Shown in pieces: positions 61,351 through 64,000 of a stretch of 64,000 nucleotides of DNA. Source of the DNA: Methylococcaceae bacterium TMED69 (GTDB lineage Bacteria; Pseudomonadota; Gammaproteobacteria; Ga0077536); contig NHDW01000004.1 of the NCBI GenBank assembly GCA_002170535.1, positions 186,190 to 250,189 of the forward strand, in the 5' to 3' direction. Within the stretch, counting starts at the first letter, position 1. Each line of letters starts with the position of its first letter. The translations under genes and the position numbers were made by a program. The notes beneath the pieces were generated by a model. It had not been told where the DNA came from and did not search any database. It saw only the letters and a list, made by a program, of their open reading frames with translations.

Positions 61351-62199
61351 TTAAAGAACCAGTTTTTTTTCACTGGGTTCGAGGCTATCGTAATTCCATA
61401 GTTGTTTGCCGGATACGACTTTTTTAATCGTTGATAAATTTAACTTATCGACCAATCCGTAAAGGGTTAATTTATCAGTCAACCATTTTTCATCGGATTC
61501 GGTGGTCTCTGATTCGACTGCGTCGGCTCCTAAGCTTTTGATTTTTCCGCCGACATAAATCGTACCATCATACATTGAGTCCCCAAGATTATTTCCAGCA
61601 TCACCTAAGACCACCATTCTACCCCTTTGCATCATAAATCCTGAAAAAGCGCCCGTGTTTCCTCCAGCGATTATTGTGCCTCCTTTTTGATCGATTCCTG
61701 TTCTGGCACCCACATCTCCCTTACACACTAGGTCACCTCCTCGAATAGCAGCACCAAAAGTTGAACCAGCGTTTTTCTTTATAAGGACGGTTCCAGACAT
61801 CATGTTTTCTCCGCATGACCATCCAACTCTCCCCTCAACAGTGACGTTAGGCCCATCGAGAAGACCGAGGCCAAAATATCCTAGACTTCCTTCAATCTTT
61901 AAATTAAGCCTGTTAAGAATGCCTACTCCAATACTATGTTTAGCTCCCGGATTTTTGATGGTAATTGTTCCATAGCCTTCTGTGAGAAGGTGCTTTAATT
62001 TACTGTTAATCTGCCTTGTGTTTAAATCTTCCGCGTCGATTTCTGCTGACTTAGAAAAGTCAACTTCATAAGCGAAAGGCTGAGCCATTTTTTCTTCATT
62101 GTTATCCAAAGAAAAAAATACTTGCTGAGTTCTCCCCAGCAAGGATTCTGACCTCATTTCGGTTTTTAGGGGTTCATTCGATTTTTCTAAGCCTGCCAT
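61351..62199 (-). CDS. glutamate synthase GXGXG-domain protein (GlxC / probable N-methylglutamate synthase subunit B)
   Basis: 282 aa, repeated G-x-G-x-G beta-helix motifs typical of the GltB C-terminal domain. Confidence 0.8.
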   Translation of the reverse strand: MAGLEKSNEPLKTEMRSESLLGRTQQVFFSLDNNEEKMAQPFAYEVDFSKSAEIDAEDLNTRQINSKLKHLLTEGYGTITIKNPGAKHSIGVGILNRLNLKIEGSLGYFGLGLLDGPNVTVEGRVGWSCGENMMSGTVLIKKNAGSTFGAAIRGGDLVCKGDVGARTGIDQKGGTIIAGGNTGAFSGFMMQRGRMVVLGDAGNNLGDSMYDGTIYVGGKIKSLGADAVESETTESDEKWLTDKLTLYGLVDKLNLSTIKKVVSGKQLWNYDSLEPSEKKLVL

Positions 62200-63131
62200 A
62201 CTCTTACCTCTCCGTCATAAGGATCTGATGTGTCGATTTCATTATTCATAATTGTACGAATGGCGACCTCTTCTGATGCAAGAGCAACTAATTGGTCACT
62301 TTCAAAAAGTACCATTGGCTTCGCGGCCATAGTGTCTTTGGCCATTCCGAGAGAATCAGATGTAGCCAGTAAGTAAGTAAAAACCCCATCTAGTTCCTCT
62401 ACACTCTGAAGCATTGAGTCCTCTAGATTTCTTCCTTGTTCAATTTTGTCAGCTATATAAACAGCTATAAGCTCCGAGTCGCAACTAGACATAAATCGAT
62501 GGCCTTTTCTCTCTAATTCCCGCCTTTTGGACCAATAATTAGTTAATTGGCCGTTATGAACCACTGAAACATCGGCGAAAGGATAAGCCCAATAAGGATG
62601 TGCTGATCTGATGTCCACGTCGGATTCTGTCGCCATTCGGGTATGCCCTATTGCGTGTGTTCCATTAAAAGATTTTAGGGAGTACAAATCAGAAACAACC
62701 TTCGCGTCACCTAGGTCCTTAACAAGCTCTAGTCCTTTTCCTATTGAGAGTATTTCAACCCCCTCTATATCTTCAACGTAATTGGCCAGTTGGCGTAAGT
62801 TACCATCACAAGTAAATGTGTATCTTAGAGCATATTCCGTTATTTTCTCGACCTCGCTAACCTTAACTTTAAGCTCACTAAGCCGGCTTTGGACGCTTTT
62901 TATTCGATCCTCCATTTTGGCGTGAATGTCATAGCCATTGACCGCTTCGTGAGTTTCAGCAACTTTCATTCGCATGACATACTGTTCAGAATCTATGTTG
63001 TCTCTTTCGCAATAAAGAGCGAATCCCGTTGAATCTGGTCCTCGGTGTTTCATTGCTTGAAGCATAAAAGACATTTCCTCGCCTATTTTTGAGCTACCGT
63101 CTCTGTGTATCACCCCCGCTATTCCGCACAT
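62187..63131 (-). CDS. class II glutamine amidotransferase-domain protein (GlxB / probable N-methylglutamate synthase subunit A)
   Basis: MCGIAG N-terminal nucleophile Cys, GltB N-domain-like, 314 aa. Confidence 0.8.
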   Translation of the reverse strand: MCGIAGVIHRDGSSKIGEEMSFMLQAMKHRGPDSTGFALYCERDNIDSEQYVMRMKVAETHEAVNGYDIHAKMEDRIKSVQSRLSELKVKVSEVEKITEYALRYTFTCDGNLRQLANYVEDIEGVEILSIGKGLELVKDLGDAKVVSDLYSLKSFNGTHAIGHTRMATESDVDIRSAHPYWAYPFADVSVVHNGQLTNYWSKRRELERKGHRFMSSCDSELIAVYIADKIEQGRNLEDSMLQSVEELDGVFTYLLATSDSLGMAKDTMAAKPMVLFESDQLVALASEEVAIRTIMNNEIDTSDPYDGEVRVWQA

Positions 63132-63151
63132 AATTCGCTCCTGTTAATTAA

Positions 63152-64000
63152 CTATGGAAGACAATGCATATACATTTCTTGATCCCAATCAGTCACCGTT
63201 GCCATGAACTTTTCATGCTCGTCATTCTTATACCATTTATATATTTTATACATATCACCTGGCATCGACGCTTTAATAATCTCGTCATCTTCCAATCTCT
63301 GGAGTGCTTCGCCTAACGACATGGGAAGCTTTTTGACTTCTTTACCCGCTTCCATAGCCTCATAGATATTTCGATTTTCAGGTTCTCCCGGATCAATATC
63401 GTTGTCTATTCCATCTTCAAAAGCACTAAGAAGGGCTGAACCTAAAAGATAAGGATTGACCATCGAATCTACGGCTCTGTACTCGAATCTCCCAGGAGCT
63501 GATACTCGAAGTCCAGTGGTTCGATTTTGAAAACCCCAATCCGCAAAAACCGGAGCCCAAAAGCCCGTATCCCACAGCCTTCTATATGAATTTACTGTAG
63601 AGCAACCGATGGCTGTTAATGCGCCAAGGTGTTTAACGATACCACCGACACATTGTAAACCTACTTTCCCGGGTAACTGCGGATCATCGGTATCTGGCAT
63701 AAAAAGATTTTCTCCTTCCTCTCGGTAAGTAAACACCCCTTCCATACCGGGCAAAATGTTTTGATGAAGTTTATTGATTGCATCTTTTCCGCCTTTCCAA
63801 AGAGAAATATTTGTATGACAGCCTGATGCTGACACTCCCATAAAAGGTTTAGACATAAAGCATGCGATTAGATTATTCTCTCTAGCTACCTGAGCGCAAA
63901 TTTGACGGTAAGTTGATAGTCTGTCTGCATTTCTTACGACGTCATCAAACGTCCAATTGAGTTCGAGTTGTCCCGGTGCGTCCTCGTGATCGCCTTGGAT
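63152..64000 (-). CDS. glutamine synthetase-family protein, C-terminal catalytic domain (probable gamma-glutamylmethylamide synthetase); N-terminus beyond window end
   Basis: GS catalytic-domain blocks (ACFMSKPFMGVSASGCHTNISL); frame stays open to position 64000. Confidence 0.8.
   Translation of the reverse strand: MQGDHEDAPGQLELNWTFDDVVRNADRLSTYRQICAQVARENNLIACFMSKPFMGVSASGCHTNISLWKGGKDAINKLHQNILPGMEGVFTYREEGENLFMPDTDDPQLPGKVGLQCVGGIVKHLGALTAIGCSTVNSYRRLWDTGFWAPVFADWGFQNRTTGLRVSAPGRFEYRAVDSMVNPYLLGSALLSAFEDGIDNDIDPGEPENRNIYEAMEAGKEVKKLPMSLGEALQRLEDDEIIKASMPGDMYKIYKWYKNDEHEKFMATVTDWDQEMYMHCLP

Overview
The window reads as a compact, low-GC (about 33-36%) chromosomal segment of a marine gammaproteobacterium with Pseudomonas-like local synteny. 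Coding density is near-continuous. No transposases, integrases or CRISPR repeats were seen. Housekeeping blocks, in order: hemC(partial)-hemD-hemX-hemY; an orphan ParA-like ATPase and phosphoribulokinase; msbA-uvrD; a cytochrome c5/PstS-like/dsbA/cytochrome c4 block facing engB; xthA; moeB-prmC-prfA-hemA facing a TPR protein followed by lolB-ispE-tRNA-Gln-prs-rplY-pth-ychF; a 6S RNA (ssrS) downstream of zapB-like/zapA facing pepP-ubiH-ubiI-purC; pgk-gap-tkt; metF; amt; tRNA-Met; a DUF4212 protein plus sodium:solute symporter; ADH; ttcA; a TraB-family protein; groES-groEL with a CIRCE-like operator. The last ~9.5 kb (minus strand, running off the window end) is a full N-methylglutamate (methylamine utilisation) cluster: gmaS-like glutamine synthetase, three glutamate-synthase-like subunits (mgsABC) and four sarcosine-oxidase-like subunits (mgdABCD), with one extra unknown gene inserted. 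The most notable observation is two redox genes 2.4 kb apart on the minus strand that each carry an in-frame TGA exactly at the catalytic cysteine codon. One is a Bcp/PrxQ peroxiredoxin (TGA where the peroxidatic Cys belongs, with a 7-bp hairpin about 15 nt downstream). The other is an ArsC/YffB/Spx-family protein (U-x-x-C replacing C-x-x-C). The ORF track called both as truncated fragments. TGA is an ordinary stop elsewhere in the window, so these are candidate selenoproteins rather than a code reassignment. This implies selenocysteine machinery elsewhere in the genome. Other observations: a 25-codon sORF with a 13-nt perfect anti-Shine-Dalgarno match, hairpins and a terminator upstream of the TraB-family gene; a GC-richer methylamine cluster; amt without glnK. 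The ORF track accepts GTG/TTG as Met, so several N-termini were re-set to likely ATG starts.
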